The notes: generated from the sequence alone by a model not told the origin. Positions 27,628-43,479 are shown, counted from the stretch's first letter. The stretch: 63,861 bases of DNA from Paraspadella gotoi (GCA_051294375.1 CM119265.1:7822629-7886489); one strand, 5' to 3'. Numbers and translations: made by a program.

Positions 27628-29489
27628 GAGAAGAGAGAAGAAGAACAGGGTTTGACTTTCTTGATTCCCCAAGAAAAATTACTTACATATCGTTTGCATA
27701 TTTGCTGAAGTTTATTTGCCGCCCTGATGGAGCGGCCGGTTCGAGAGAGTCGACTGGGAAGGTCGGCTCCTGTCGAGACAATTTGAAGGGTTGTAAGGTC
27801 TTACTTTGAAAATTTATGATTTTTCAAGGATATTTACTATAAATATTGTAATTAAATGATACTGTCCCAAACAATAAAGCAAAATATTTTTTTGTAACTC
27901 CTAATCATACTATTCTCACGTCTAAATATCCTTGTTTGTTCACTCAAATCAATTTATGTTCCCCCAGTGCTCCACTCTACTGAGTAGTGTGTGGCGGAGA
28001 AATGAAAGTAAGAGACTTGGGCCAGAAATTGGCAAAGGTGAAAAAAGGGATACAAAAGAGTCGAAGGAATTTTTCTTGAACTTGGTGGAAGATGGAGGAA
28101 GAGTAATATCTGGAGAGACTAAACATAAATACGTATAAAAATCATTTCAATTAACCCTAAAGAAAAAACAATAAACCAAACAAAGAATAAAAAAAAATCA
28201 AATAGCTTATCAAAAAGGGGGTAAAAAAAGAATGGAAATGTGCAGCTCAAGCAGGGTGAGCTTGAGATTTCGCGGTCCCAAATTGCTTTCGATAAACAAA
28301 TAATTCTCCGTTGTGAAGAGGCTGTCACAACGTTGACAGGCGGGCAACGGCTCGGGGGCGGCGAATGCAGAGGCTGCAGCGGCACTGACGTCGTCGACAA
28401 TTAGAGCATAACCGTTTTACAAAACTGGATGGTGGATGGTGGATGTTTTAACAAAACTAAAACAGGAATTTTGCTCCTCCTTTTTAAGAATTAGGGGGAA
28501 AAAACACCGATGTATGAATGTATCTGAATAACGAAAAGAAATATGCAAACGAATATCGGAAAAGAAAGACCCCAACCGGACTAAAGAAAAAAAAGAAAAA
28601 AAGAAAAGCGCCATTGCCGAATCCCGCGATTCTCTCAACCAAAAGGGAATCGAGTTGAAACCCGAACCGCGAATTTTCCGATCGTCCAGACCGAAAAAAA
28701 AAAAAAACTGGAGTCGGGAGGCAAGTTAAGATGAAATTTTTTCTGAACGACCGTCGTGAGAAGAGGAGAAGAGCGGGGAGAGGGCAGGAAGAGGGGAAGA
28801 GGAGAAGAGGAGTGGAGAGAGGGAGAAGGAAACTCAGAAAAGGAAAAGGATGGCGACGAGAAAGAGGAACGGAAAAGAAAAGTTGAGGAGAAGAAGAGAC
28901 AGAGAAAGGAGTGACATGGGAATAGAGTTGTGGACGTGATCGGATAGGGGGGTGATCGGGGTGGGCGGAGACGCGTGAGACAGTTTTGAATCTAAAGAGG
29001 AAATGCCAAAGACGAATAGGACGAAAGATAAGTGTGGCATGGGAACAAGGACACCAGGACATATCAGCTTTTCGAGACATGTCGATGGGAGAGTTTGGGT
29101 CGATCAGCTAATTTTACATTACTCGACCCCGCAGAGTAATAAAAGTACTAAGAGGTGCCGCTCTTTCCATTGAAAATATAAAGTATATAAATTTCATTTA
29201 ATAATAAAGTTTTCTTGCCTCTGACTTGGGTTAGGCTATGGTGGTTAAGAATCTGCAAGCTTATGTATGTATGTAATTTACGACTGAACGAATTCCATTT
29301 ACCTAAACCTCACCAATCCTTTTCCTTCCTCTCACACCCCTCCCCATCTCCCCCCCCGTTGCGACACACCCAATCACGGTCTCGGGCCTCGACGCTTCTG
29401 TCCTCTGCATGGAAATGGATTTTTGGATTTGTAATTTGAGCGAGGGTCAAGCCGGACGTGCCGCTGATACACGTGAGACAGAGACACCA

Positions 29490-29566
<77 letters not shown>

Positions 29567-30117
29567 AGAAGAAGAGAGAAAGAGAGAGAGAGAGAGGAGA
29601 AAGAGAGAGAGAGAGAAAGAAAGCCAGAGCAAAATGAAAAGTCTCGTAACTGTAAAGATTTTTCGAAGTAACATATATGCCTGATAATTTATAATTTACC
29701 AATTATAGCATATAACTATTATAATTTCACAATGATCAAGTTCAGTATTGAATCATTGTCAACCATAACGCCCATATTCTCTACTCTTGCCCTTCCGATT
29801 GCTCTTTGTCGAGATTTTTTTTCTCGCTCGTTTTCACTCGGAATGCCTAGCGACGCGCGTTGGAAAAAATGACGACGAAAAATAAAGCTAATCCATGACA
29901 TCTAGAAAGCTTCAATCGATGACAATGATGACACTGATGATTAAGCGACGAAGACAGTGACGTTACGTCGTTCGTCAGCCTCTGCGTCAGTCGCATCCTT
30001 TAGACCGTATTTCCTCGTCAACTAACCATACCGAGAAAATTGCTGCCCATACGGGAAAATATAGCGCTCGCGCGGAGAGAGAGAGTGAAGAGAGAGAGAG
30101 AGAGAGAGAGAGCAGAG

Positions 30118-30177
<60 letters not shown>

Positions 30178-31289
30178 GGAGAGAACCTTCTCTCAAAAGA
30201 GAGATGGAAAGGACCTCGGGGATTTGAAATGGACGGAAGGGAAACGGCTTGGATGAGGGGAGGTGACTGGATGGTGTTAGAGAGAGAGGAGGAGAGAGAG
30301 AGAGAGAGGGAGAGGGAGAGCGTTGATCGAGTGAATTAATCAGTTGGTGATATTCGAGGAGACCGACCTGTTTCCTGCCTCAGCGAAAACAAGAAACAAC
30401 AGTAACTGCAATGACGACGACGACGACGACGACGACGCAGAAGACGACAACAAAGACGATTGCGACGACGGAAAACGTCGATACTAAAGCTTAGAATATA
30501 ACATATTTACCTTACCTTCGTAACTAAAATTGTTGACAAGGATAATTTGTCCAAAAGTCCGCATTCAAGAGAGGGAGCTTTTGCTAACCGGTAAAATAAG
30601 CACAACTCTCGATCGATTTTAATTCGAGTTCAAAACTTCGAAAACACTATATAGCTCTGCTCAGATGATAAAAATTTTTTAAAATGTGAAGATGCACCAA
30701 AGAATCTTGTAACAGCAGGCGATGAGGGCGGGTTGAACTCTCGCCTTTTTTTTTGGACAGAGATGTCGTTTAAAGTCCGTCGTCAGCGGGCGTCGACGCC
30801 AGGCGTGGTGCCAGAGGCGTTGCCTGGCAACGAGTTTTCTTTTTTCTCAATCGCATCGAAGTGGCGCAGCCGCCGCCTGCCGATGTTCCTGTAAACGCCG
30901 CTTTTCAACTTTTAGCAAAAAAAAAAAAAAAAAAAAAGATACCGAAAAAAATAGGGGAAAATTTGAGGAATTCTCCTCTTTTTTTGGAAAAAAAAAGAAA
31001 AAAAAATATTCATCGTTAAAAAGGGGGCGGACGGGTAAGGTAATCCGCGGCCGGAAGAGAAAAGGGAAGAGAAATGACTCCTATAAAAAAGGTAAGGTGA
31101 AAGAATAGAGTGTAAAAGACAAGTGAACATCCATTCCACGCGTGGGAAATCCACAAATAGACGAGAGGACAAGAAGATTGAGAAAAAGCGGAGGGAGCGG
31201 GGGGGAGAGGGGGGGGCAGGCTAAAGACTCGGGGAAACTGCAAGCGTTTGGATAGGAGCGACGAAAGCGTGTTAGAGAGAGAGAGAGAG

Positions 31290-31342
<53 letters not shown>

Positions 31343-31897
31343 GAGACGAGCGTTGACACGCCGTTTTTTCGGCGCCATTAAGTCACAAATTATATCGACA
31401 GGTCGACCTTGAAAACCTGAGGAGATAAGGGAATGGAGGAAAGCGAAGAAGGAAGATTGGTGGCGGGGGAGGTGGAGGAAAAGGAAAGGGAAGAAGATTT
31501 CTCCAGGAGAAATGGAGGAAGGAAAGAATAAAAATTTCTCGAGAAAAATGGAGGAAAGGAAAGAAGAAAAATTTATCGAGGAGAAATGGAGGAAGGAAAG
31601 GAGAAAATTTATCGCGTAGAGAAATGGAGGAAGGAAAGGAAGAAGATTTCTCCGAAGAAATGGAGGAAAGTAAAAGAGGAACATTTCTCGAGGAGAAATG
31701 AGGAAAGTAAAGAATAAAAAATTGTTGAGTCTAGAGGAAAGTAAAAAAGGAGGATTACTGAGAGGAGTAAGGAATTTGTGGCATGAGAGTGAGAAAGAAA
31801 AAAAAAGTAGTTTAGGAAGAGGAAGGAAAAAAAAGAAGATTGAGAAGAAGAAATAAAAGGAAATAATTAGAGACGGTAGAAAGATACATAGGGTTAA

Positions 31898-32766
31898 GGG
31901 GACCAAGTGAACAGGGGGGGTAAAAGCTGAAAACATAACGTTGACCCTTTAACTTAAGCTGGTTCTGATCATATAATTTTTCTTCTATAATCATTTGGGA
32001 AAGGTAGTTAAAAATTCGATAAAAATCAGCGAGCTTAATTTTCTTAAAAATCGGTAAGAAGAAAATCTTTTCAAGTTTAAAAATTTTTTTTCCAAAAAAA
32101 GGGTAAGATCTAATTTTACAAAAGATTTCAGCTTTTATTACAAAAATTTATAAGAAAAAAAACTAGGAATGAATCAAAATTTAAGGTATCGACCTGATTT
32201 TATTTAAACTTTCTTTTCAAACGATTCTGTAATTGGATGAAAATAAAACTCTTGAAGTATATAAATATAAAAAGAAGAGAAAGATTCTGTACTTTTGCTA
32301 AATTTTTAATTGTTATAATTAGGAATCAATAAAGTTTAATTATACATTAAGGGATGAATATGAATATAATAATAATTATTACAAGTTTTGTTTCTGTAAG
32401 AATAGAATTTAGGTTTGATTTGGTCTGCTTTTAAGTAAATATAAAATATAAAAATATTAGTCTTGTAAAGCCTTTGTTCAATTGAGGCTTAAACCTAAAA
32501 TTATAGCTTTGTACAGTAAAAAATAAAAAATTGAATTAGTAAAAAAATATTTCTAATGCAAAAATAAAATAATAAATTATATAAATATTTAGGTAGGGTC
32601 AACTAATTTTTTTTTTCATAATTATTAATTTTGTTTTCCGCTAGAATAAGAGATAGGAATTTTTTTGCCACTTTTCCCGCAAAGAAAATTAATGACTATC
32701 ACCATTTCAAATCCTTTGATGATTAGACCCTTAAGCTTATGATATCATTTTTATCACTGGGTTCCC
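31898..32766. mobile_element. Same Kolobok-like MITE in the second redundant copy
   Basis: TTAA|GGGGACCAAGTGA ... TCACTGGGTTCCC|TTAA with the same flanks as 19802-20667. Confidence 0.7.
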
Positions 32767-33061
32767 TTAAAAGGAAGAAATAAAGGAGAATAAAGTCAAA
32801 GGCAAAGAGTCAAAGGAAAAGAGAGAAAAGAAAAGAAAGTTCGGGCGAAACGAAAAGTCTAAGACCACGAATGAGAGCAGAGGACGATCAAGGAGCGGGA
32901 TTGAAAGGCCTCTGCGAAATGAGGCGGTTATGAATTTTCAGTTTAGTTTTTGCGATGAACGGGGCAAAAGTAATTGAGGAGGAAAATAGGGGGAAAAATG
33001 GGGGAATTTGGGGCGAAAAGAAGCATTTTAGGCTTTGAGATAAAAGGGAGAGAGAGAGGGA

Positions 33062-33117
<56 letters not shown>

Positions 33118-33612
33118 AGAGGAGAGAGAGAGTCATTCTAGAAAGGTACGAGAGATAAAGACATGTAAAGAGGTTCCATATCCGCGGAAGGAGCGACCAA
33201 CAAACAAAAATCTAGAAGGATAAAGGAAGCGAGATTGAAAAAAAATGGGGCCGGCGAGAGTGTGAGACGAGAAGGAAATGAAAAGGAGGCCGTAATGAAA
33301 ACATGAGAAAAGGGACACTTTTAAAGGCCTCTGCATATGAAAGAGAAATTGGCCGCGCGAAAAGTGAAAAAAAAGAAAAAAATATAAATAAAAGAACGGT
33401 TTTTATTTTGCATGAGAAAAAAAAGAAGGAAAAAAAAATGTGGGTGAGAATAGTTTCGGGAGAGAAATAAAGAGAATATTTTGTTTTAAATTGTTTTTTA
33501 TTCGTCATTGCCCTCTGTTCAAATTTGAGGATAGACAACGAAAAGAGAGAGAGAGAAGAAGAAGAAGAAAGAGAGAGAGAAGAGAGAAGAGAAGAGAGAG
33601 AGAGAGAGAGAG

Positions 33613-33664
<52 letters not shown>

Positions 33665-34811
33665 AGATAAAAGCGGTAATAAATCATTCCTCGTTGAGGC
33701 CAGAGAGGAGCTCGTGACCAGCACCAGATTTTCATCTCTATGTGGTTCAAAAAAGAAAAGAAAAAGAAAGAAAAAAAATTGTCAAAATATAGGAATCTTT
33801 TTTCATTCCCGCCGCCACAAAATTTTTTGGGGGGCGTGAAATGGAAGGGAGGAAGGAGGGAGAGGAAGGAAAGTAGAGGAAGGAAAGGAAAGCGAAGGAA
33901 GGAAAGGAAAGGAAAGGAAAGGAAAGGAAAGGATAGGTAAGAGAAAATGAAAAGGAGTAAGAAAAACTTAAGACATCGGGCCTCGTTTTGAAATAGAAAA
34001 GCGTTGCTCCGTTGACAATGTTGAAGCAATAGAATGAAGGATCTGTAAAGGAATATCTAAAGCAACAGAAGGTAAAAACAAATGGATAAAAATCCCGAGA
34101 CTCGAAAAAGGTAAAAGAAAAATGGAAAAGAGAAAAGGGCAAAGGAAAAAAAAGGAAGAGAAAAGTGAAAGGAAAAGAATCTCCGCGCGAAACGACAGAA
34201 AGAGAGGAAAGATCAAGGGAGAAGAAACTTGAGTAAACGAGGAAATTTGCCGAAGGAAGAAAAAAGAAGCGACGGTCAGCCGCAGCCGCCGCAGCCGTCG
34301 CCGCAGTCGTCGCCGCCGCGCCGCCGCCGCCGCCGAGAATTCGTTGTCTGTTGAGCGACAAAAAATGACGCAGTCACCATGGAAACGAGGGTCCCCGGAG
34401 AATCGACTCTTCCTATTAAATGAACGGGCAATGGGTCTCAATAATTTTCCAAGGAAATCAAGAGTCCCAGGGTGCAAGCTCATAAAACAAATCTTTTTAT
34501 GGGGACCCCGAAATAATTGTGCCAAGATAATTTTCATGAATGTTTTATTTGGCAATTCCCCAAAAAAACAAGGAAGCTTGAAGCAATCAAAATCACCAAA
34601 CCAATCATTTCGGAAGCCATGAAAAAGCAATCATTTCGGGACCGATCAAACACATCCTTTCCCAAGCGTGAAAAAAAATGCTGGCTTAATGTTTTTCGCG
34701 CTTTTAGGGTTCAGGGTCAAAAAAATCCAAAACCTGCCAAAGTTTAGGGAGAAGGTTATGTTTTGAAAGAAAACACGAGGAGATGGAGAATTATGTGAAA
34801 AAGAGAGGGGA

Positions 34812-34849
<38 letters not shown>

Positions 34850-35935
34850 CTCTTTCTTCCCCTCTCTTTTCACATAATTCTCCATCTCCTCGTGTTTTCT
34901 TTCAAAACATAACCTTCTTCCCTAAACTTTGGCAGGTTTTGGATTTTTTTGACCCTGAACCCTAAAAGCGCGAAAAACATTAAGCAAGCATTTTTTTCAC
35001 GCTTGGGAAAGGATTGTTTTGATCGGTCCCGAAATGATTGCTTTTTCATGGCTTCCGAAATGATTGGTTTGGTGATTTTGATTGCTTCAAGCTTCCTTGT
35101 TTTTTTGGGGAATTGCCAAATAAAACATTCATGAAAATTAATCTTGGCACAATTATTTCGGGGTCCCCATAAAAAGATTTGTTTTATGAGCTTGCACCCT
35201 GGGGACTCTTGATTTCCCTTGGAAAGATTATTGAGACCCATTGCCCGTTCATTTAATAGGAAGAGTCGATTCTCCGGGGACCCTCGTTTCCATGGTGACT
35301 GCGTCATTTTTTGTCGCTCAACAGACAACGAATTCTCGGCGGCGGCGGCGGCGGCGGCGGCGACGACTGCGGCGACGGCTGCGGCGGCTGCGGCTGACGC
35401 GTCGCTTCTTTTTTCTTCCTTCGGCAAATTTCCTCGTTTACTCAAGTTTTCTTCTCCCTTGATCTTTCCTCTCTTTCTGTCGTTTCGCGCGGAGATTCTT
35501 TTCCTTTCACTTTTTCTCTTCCCTTTTTTTTCCTTTGCCCTTTTCTCTTTTCCATTTTTCTTTTACCTTTTTCGAGTCTCGGGGATTTTTATCCATTTGT
35601 TTTTACCTTCTGTTGCTTTAGATATTCCTTTACAGATCCTTCATTCTATTGCTTCAACATTGTCAACGGAGCAACGCTTTTCTATTTCAAAACGAGGCCC
35701 GATGTCTTAAGTTTTTCTTACTCCTTTCTATTTTCTCTTACCTATCCTTTCCTTTCCTTTCCTTTCCTTTCCTTTCCTTTCCTTCCTTTCCTTTCCTTCC
35801 TCTACTTTCCTTCCTCTCCCTTCCTTCCTCCCCTTCCATTTCACGCCCCCCCAAAAAATTTTGTGGCGGCGGGAATGAAAAAAATATCCTANNNNNNNNN
35901 NNNNNNNNNNNNNNNNAAGACGAGAGATAGTGGGC

Positions 35936-36244
35936 TCAATGTAATCTGGGCCAATCCTGGGTGCAATCCTAATGGGCGCAATCCTATGGCGCAGACCTAC
36001 ACGGGTTCAAATTATACCTGGGCCCATCTTTTGGGGCGCCAATCCTAAGGGCGAATTCTGTGGCCGGCAATCCTAAGTGGGCGCAATTCTACTGGCGAAT
36101 ACTATGTGGGCGGGAAATACTACGGAGGCGAATCCTAATTGGGCGCAATTCTCGCATGGGCACAATCCTGCGGGTGTAATAATAAGTGGCGCAAATGCTG
36201 TGGGCGCAATTTTCGGGCGCAAATCCTACGTGGTACAATCCTAA
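35936..36244. repeat. Second copy of the 15-bp-unit minisatellite, identical by eye
   Basis: 35917-36245 matches 13970-14298 base for base by eye. Both start immediately after a 25-N gap. Confidence 0.8.
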
Positions 36245-36661
36245 TGAAAAAATCAATATCTGCGAGTTACTTTCATTGGCGAATAAAATAAACGAAGAAA
36301 ATTATTATATTTTATAGATATTTTATAAATCATGTTATTAATTAAAATATTACAATCCTCAACTTTTTACAATATGCGAGTTTCTTTTTTATGAGCTCGG
36401 CCTTCCTTTTCTGTCCTCTTTAATTCACTCAGACTCGACTTTTTTTCCTCAAGAAATAAAAGGCTTTCAATCTTCACATTTTTTTTTCTCTCGCTTTTTT
36501 TGATCTTTTTTTTTCTTTCCTCGTCTTTTATTCGAGCGCCTTTTTATAATATTCATCGAAATTCCGTTTCCTCCGACACTCTCTCTTTCTCATCCACTCC
36601 AATCAAGCTCTCTCTCAAGACTAAGTGAGAATTTCCTATTGTGTAGTTATGAAGTATAAAG

Positions 36662-36720
<59 letters not shown>

Positions 36721-37415
36721 AGAGAGAGGAGAAGAGAGAGAGAGAGAGGAGAGAGAGAAGAAAGAGAAAGAAAGAGAGAGGTTAAAGAACGCGCGCGGCA
36801 CCCGCAAATGCAGCAACGTTGGCCGGTGATTGGCTAGTTTCGGTCAGACGCGCTCTTTCATTGGACGAATAGTCGGTGATGCGAGGAGAGAGGAGAGAGA
36901 AGACGTCGTTAATCACGACTATGAATCACTTGAACACGTCGAAAACAGATTGAGCGGGCGATACCAAAGGAAAGGGGGGGTGGCGTTGACGGAGAGAGAA
37001 TAAAGGGCAATGCGGGATAATAGAGAAAAAAAGGAAAAGAAGAAAAGAAAGAAAAAGAAAAAGAAAAGAGAAAAAAAGAAAAAGAAAAAAGAAAGAAAAA
37101 GAAAAGAAAGAAAAGAAAGAACAGAAGAAAGAAAGAAAAGAAAAGAAAAGAGAAAAAAAAGAAAGAGAAGAAAGAAAGAAAGAAAGGAGGAACAGAATAA
37201 AAGAAATGGAGAGAGAAAAGGAACGAAAGGCAAGTTATAAATATGAATTCTCTCGCGCGAATATGAGAGGCAAAAAAAAAAAAAAAGGAAAGAGAGAGTA
37301 GAGGCGCCACGTCCGCCTCCACTCGCCAGCGGCGTAGAGAGGGGATTTTTCAGCGAACGAAAAGGAGGCGGCGCCTCCTAAGTTCATTGAGGTTAAACGC
37401 GTTACGCTCCGCGCC

Positions 37416-37471
<56 letters not shown>

Positions 37472-39354
37472 GAACGAGAGAGAGAGAAGAAGAGGTTTGA
37501 CTTTCTTGATTCCCAAAAAAATTACTTAATATCGTTTGCATATTTAGCCTGAGTTTATTTCCGCCCTGAGGCGCGGCGGCCTTCGAGAGAGTCGACTGGG
37601 AAGGTCGGCTCCTGTCGAGACAATTTGAAGGGTTGTAAGGTTCTTACTTATGAAAATTTATGATTTTTATAAGGATATTCTATAAATATTGTAATTAATG
37701 ATACTGTTCCCCAAAACAATAAGCAAAATATTTTTTGTACTCCTAATCATACTATCTCACGTCTAAATATCCTTGTTTGTTCACTCAAATCAAATTTATG
37801 TTCCCCAGTGCTCCACTCTACTGAGTAGTGTGTGGCGAGAAAGAAAGTAAGAGAGCTGGGCCAGAAAATTGGCAAAGGTGAAAAAAGGGTACAAAAGAGT
37901 CGAAGGAATTTTTCTGAACTTGGTGGAAGATGGAGGAAAGTAATATCTGGAGAGACCTAAACATAATACGTATAAAAATCATTTTCAATTAACCCTAAAG
38001 AAAAAAACAATAAACCAAACAAAGAATAAAAAAAAAATTCAGCAATAGCTTATATCAAAAAGGGGGTAAAAAAAGAATGGAAATGGGCAGCAAGCAGGGA
38101 CGCTTGAGATTTCCGGTACCCAAATTGCGTTTCGATAACAACATTAATTTCCGTTGTGAAGAAGGGTGTACAACGTTGACAGGCGCGCCAACGGCTCGGG
38201 GGCGGCGAATGCAGAGCGCTGCAGCGGCATGACGTCGTCGACAATTAGAGCAATAACCGTTTACAAAACTGGGATGGTGGATGGTCGGATGTTTTAACAA
38301 AACTAAAACAGGAATTTTGCTCCTCTTTTTAAGAATTTAGGGGGAAAAAACACCGATGTATGAATGTATCTGAATAGAAGAAAGAAATATGCAAACGAAT
38401 ATCGGAAAAGAAAGACCCAACCGGACTAAAAAGAAAAAAGGAAAAAAAGCAAAGCGCCATTGCCGAATCCCGCGATTCTTCTCAACCAAAAGGGAACGAG
38501 TTGAAACCCGAACCTGCGAAATTCCGATCGTCCAGACCGAAAAAAAAAAAAAAACTGGAGCGGGAGGACCAAGTATAGATGAAATTTTCTGAACGACCCG
38601 TCGTGAGAAGAGGAGAAGAGCGGGGAGGAGGGCAGGAAGAGGGGAAGAGGAAAGAGGAGTGGAGAGAGGGAAGAAGGAAACTCTAGTAAAAGGAAGGGAG
38701 CGGATGAAGAGATGGAAAAAGTGAGGAGAGAGGAAGCGGAGAAAGGAGATGAAGACAAGAAGTGACGTGGAATAGAGTTGTGGACGTGATCGGATGGGAG
38801 GTGTGATCGGGGTGGTGGGCGGAGACGACTCGAGACAGTTTTTGAATCTAAAGAGGAAATCGCCAAAGACGAATAGGACGAATAGAATAAGTGTGGCATG
38901 GGAACAAGGACACAGGACATATCAGCTTTTCAGAACATGTCGATGGGAGAGTTTGGTCGATCAGCTAATTTTACATTAACTCCGACCCCGCAGAGATAAT
39001 AAAGTACTAAGAGGTGCCGCTCCTTATCTCATCGAAATATAAAGTAATATAAATTCATTTAATAAATAAGTTTTCTGTCCTCTGACTTGGGTTAGGCTAT
39101 GGTGGGTTAAGAATCTGCAAGCTTATGTATAGATATGTATATTACGACTGAACGAATTCCATTTACCTAACCTTCACCAAACCTTTTCCTTCCTCTCACA
39201 CCCCTCCCCCATCTCCCCCCCCTGTTGCGCACGACCCAATCACCGGTCTCGGCCTCGACGCTTCGTCCTCTGCATGAAATGGATTTTTTGGATTTGTAAT
39301 TTGAGGCGAAGGGTCAAGCCGGACGTGGCCTGATACACGTGAAACAGAGACACA

Positions 39355-39418
<64 letters not shown>

Positions 39419-39958
39419 AGAGAGAGAGAAAAAGAGAAAGAGAAGAGAGAGAGAGAGAGAGAGAAGAGAAGAAGAAGAAAGAGGAAGAGAAAGAGACCAA
39501 GAGCAAATTGAAAGTCTCGTCAACTGTAAAGATCTTTTCGAAGTAACATAAAATGATGATTTATGGTTCCAATTTATAAGCTTATATAATCATATACTAA
39601 TAATTTCACAAGTCAAGTTCAGATTGAATCATTGTCAACCATAACGCCCTATTCTCTACTCTTCCCTTCCGATTGCTCTTTTTGTCGAGATTTTTTTTTC
39701 TCGCTGTTTGTCACTCGGAATGCCTAGCGACGCCGCGTTGGAAGAAAATGAGACGAAAATAAAGCTAAATCACATGACATCTAGAAAGCTTCGAATCGAT
39801 GACAATGATGACACTGATGATTGAAGCGACGAAACAGTGACGTTACCGCGTTCGTCAGCCTTCGTCATCGCATCCTTTAGACCGTATTTCCTCGTCAACT
39901 AACCATACCGAGAAAATTGCTGCCCTATCGGGAAATATAGCGCTCGCGCGGAGAGAGA

Positions 39959-39989
<31 letters not shown>

Positions 39990-40148
39990 CGAGGGAGAGA
40001 GAGAGAGAGAGAGAGAGAGGAAGAGAGAGAGAGAGAGAGAGGAAGATGTGAGAGAATCCCTTCTCTCAAAAAAGAATGGAAAGGACCTCGGGATTTGAAA
40101 TGGACGGAAGGGAAACGGCTTGGATGAGGGGAGGTGACTGGATGGTGT

Positions 40149-40182
<34 letters not shown>

Positions 40183-41150
40183 AGGGAGAGCGTGATCGAG
40201 GTGAATTAATCAGTTGGTTGATTATTCGAGGAGACGACCTGTTCCTGCCTCGCGAAAACAAGAAAAACAAGATAACTGCAATGCCGACGACGACGACGAC
40301 GACGACGCAGAAGACGACAACAAAAGACGATTGCGACGACGGAAAACGTCGATACTAAAGCTTAGAATGAACTAACATATTACCTTACCTTCGGTATACT
40401 AAATTGGTTGACAAGGATAATTGTGTCCAAAAGTCCGCATTCAAGAGAAGACTTTTGCTAACCGGTTAAAATAAGCACAATCTCGATCGAATTTTAATTC
40501 GAATTCAAACTTCGAAAACACTAATTAGCTCTGCTCATGTATAAAAATTTTTTAAATGTGAAGATCGACAAAGAATCTTGTAACAGCAAGGCGATGACGG
40601 GCGGGTTGACTCTCGCGCTTTTTTTTTTTGGACAGGAGATGTCGTTTAAAGTCCGTCGTCAGCGGGCGTCGACGCCGGCGTGGTGCCAGAGGCGTTGCCT
40701 GGCAACGAGTTTTCCTTTTTCTCAATCGCATCGAAGTGGCGCAGCGCCGCCTGCCGATTTCCTGTAAACGCGCTTTTCCAACTTTAGCAAAAAAAAAAAA
40801 AAAAAAAAAAAGATACCGAAAAAAATAGGGGAAAAATTGAGGAATCTCCTCTTTTTTTGGAAAAAAAAAGAAAAAAAAAATATTCATCGTTAAAAAGGGG
40901 GCGGACGGTAAGGTAATCCGCGGCCTGGAAGAGAAAAGGGAGAGAAATGACTCCTATAAAAAAAGGTAAGGTGAAAGAATAGAGTGTAAAAGACAAGTGA
41001 ACATCCATTCCACGCGTGGGAAAATCACAAATAGACGAGAGGACAAGAAGATTGAGAAAAAGCGGAGGGAGCGGGGGGGAGAGGGGGGGGCCAGGCTTAA
41101 AGACTCGGGAGAAACTGCAAGCGTTTGGATAGGGAGCGACGAAGCGTGTT

Positions 41151-41204
<54 letters not shown>

Positions 41205-41772
41205 GAGAGAGAGAAGATGAGACGAGCGTTGACACGCCGTTTTTCGGCGCCATTAAGTTCACAAATTATATCGACAGGGTCGACCTTGAAAACCTGAGGA
41301 GATAAAGGGAAATGGAGGAAGCGAAGAAGGAAGATTTGGTGGAGCGGGGAGGTGGAGGAAAGGAAAGGGAAGAAGATTTCTCCAGGAGAAATGGAGGAAG
41401 AAAGAATAAAATTTCTCGAGGAAAAATGGAGGAAAGGAAAGAAGAAAAATTTATCGAGGAGAATGGAGAAGGAAAGGAGAAAATTTATCAGCGAGAAATG
41501 GAGGAAAGGAAAGGAAGAAGATTTCTCAGAGAAATGGAGGAAAGTAAAAGAGGAACATTTCTCGAGGAGAAATGAGGAAAGTAAAGAATAAAAAATTGTT
41601 GAGTCTAGGGAAAGTAAAAAAGGAGGATTACTGAGATGGAAAGTAAGAAGTTTGTGGCTAGAGAGTGGAGAAAGAAAAAAAAGTAGTTAGGAAGAGGAAG
41701 GAAAAAAAAGAAGATTGAGAAGAAGAAATAAAGGAAATAAATTAGAGACGGTAGAAAGATACATAGGGTTAA

Positions 41773-42641
41773 GGGGGACCAAGTGACAGGGGGGGTAAAA
41801 AGCTGAAAACATAACGTTTGACCCTTTAACTTAAGCTGGTTCTGATCATATAATTTTTTCTTCTATAATCATTTGGGAAAGTAGTTAAAAAATCGATAAA
41901 ATCAGCGAGCTAATTTTCTTAAAAATCGGTAAGAAGAAAATCTTTTTCAAGTTTAAAAATTTTTTTTCCAAAAAAAAAGGGTAAGATCTAATTTTAACAA
42001 AGATTTCAGCTTTTATTACAAAAATTTATAAGAAAAAAAACTAGGAATGAATCAAAATTTAAGGTATCGACCTGATTTTATTTAAAACTTCTTTTCAAAC
42101 GATTCTGTAATTGGATGAAAATAAAACTCTTTGAGAATATAAAATATAAAAGAAGAGAAAGATTCTGCTACTTTTGCTAAATTTTAATTGTTATAATTAG
42201 GAATCAATAAAGTTTAATTATACATTAAGGGATGAATATGAATATTAATTAATAATTATTAAAGTTTTGTTTCTGTAAGATAGAATTTAGGTTTGATTTG
42301 GTCTGCTTTTAAGTAAATATAAAAATATAAAAATATTAGTCTTGTAAAGCTTTGTTCAATTGAGGCTTAAACCTAAAATTATAGCTTTGTACAGTAAAAA
42401 ATAAAAAATTGAATTAGTAAAAAAATATTTCTAATGCAAAAATAAAATAATAAATTATATAAATATTTAGTAGGGTCAACTAATTTTTTTTTCATAATTA
42501 TAATTTTTGTTTCCGCTAGAATAAGAGATAGGAATTTTTTTGCCACTTTTCCCCGCAAGAAAAATTAATGACTATCACCATTTCAAATTCCTTTGATGAT
42601 AGACCCTTAAGCTTATGATATCATTTTTATCACTGGGTCCC
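41773..42641. mobile_element. Same Kolobok-like MITE in the third redundant copy
   Basis: TTAA|GGGGGACCAAGTGA ... TCACTGGGTCCC|TTAA with the same flanks. Confidence 0.7.
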
Positions 42642-42933
42642 TTAAAAGGAAGAAATAAAGGAGAATAAAGTCAAAGGCAAAGAGTCAAAGGAAAAGAGAG
42701 AAAAGAAAAGAAAGTTCGGGCGAAACGAAAAGTCTAAGACCACGAATGAGAGCAGAGGGACGATCAAGGAGCGGGATTGAAAGGCCTCTGCGAAATGAGG
42801 CGGTTATGAATTTCAGTTTAGTTTTTGCGATGAACGGGGCAAAAGTAATTGAGGGAAAATGAGGGGAAAAATGGGGGAATTTGGGGCGAAAGAAGCAGTT
42901 TTAGGCTTTGAGATAAAAGGGAGAGAGAGAGGA

Positions 42934-42994
<61 letters not shown>

Positions 42995-43479
42995 GAGAGA
43001 GAGAGATCATTCTAGAAAGGTACGAGAGATAAAGACATGTAAAGAGTCCATATCCGCGGAAGGAGCGACCAACAAACAAAAATCTAGAAGGATAAAGGAA
43101 GCGAGATTGAAAAAAATGGGGCGACGAGAGTGTGGACGAGAAGGAAATGAAAAGGAGGCCGTAATGAAAACATGAGAAAAGGAACACTTTTAAAGGCCTC
43201 TGCATATGAAAGAAAATTTGGCCGCGCGAAAAGTGAAAAAAAAGAAAAAAATATAAATAAAAGAACGGTTTTTATTTTGCATGAGAAAAAAAAGAAGGAA
43301 AAAAAATGTGGGTGAAGAATAGTTTTCGGGAGAGAAATAAAGAGAATATTTTGTTTAAATTGTTTTTATTCGTCATTGGCCCTCTGTTCAAATTGAGGAT
43401 AGACAACGAAAAGAGAGAGAGAGAGAGAGAGAAGAGAAGAGAGAGAGAGAGAGAGAAGAAGAGAGAGAGAGAGAGAGAG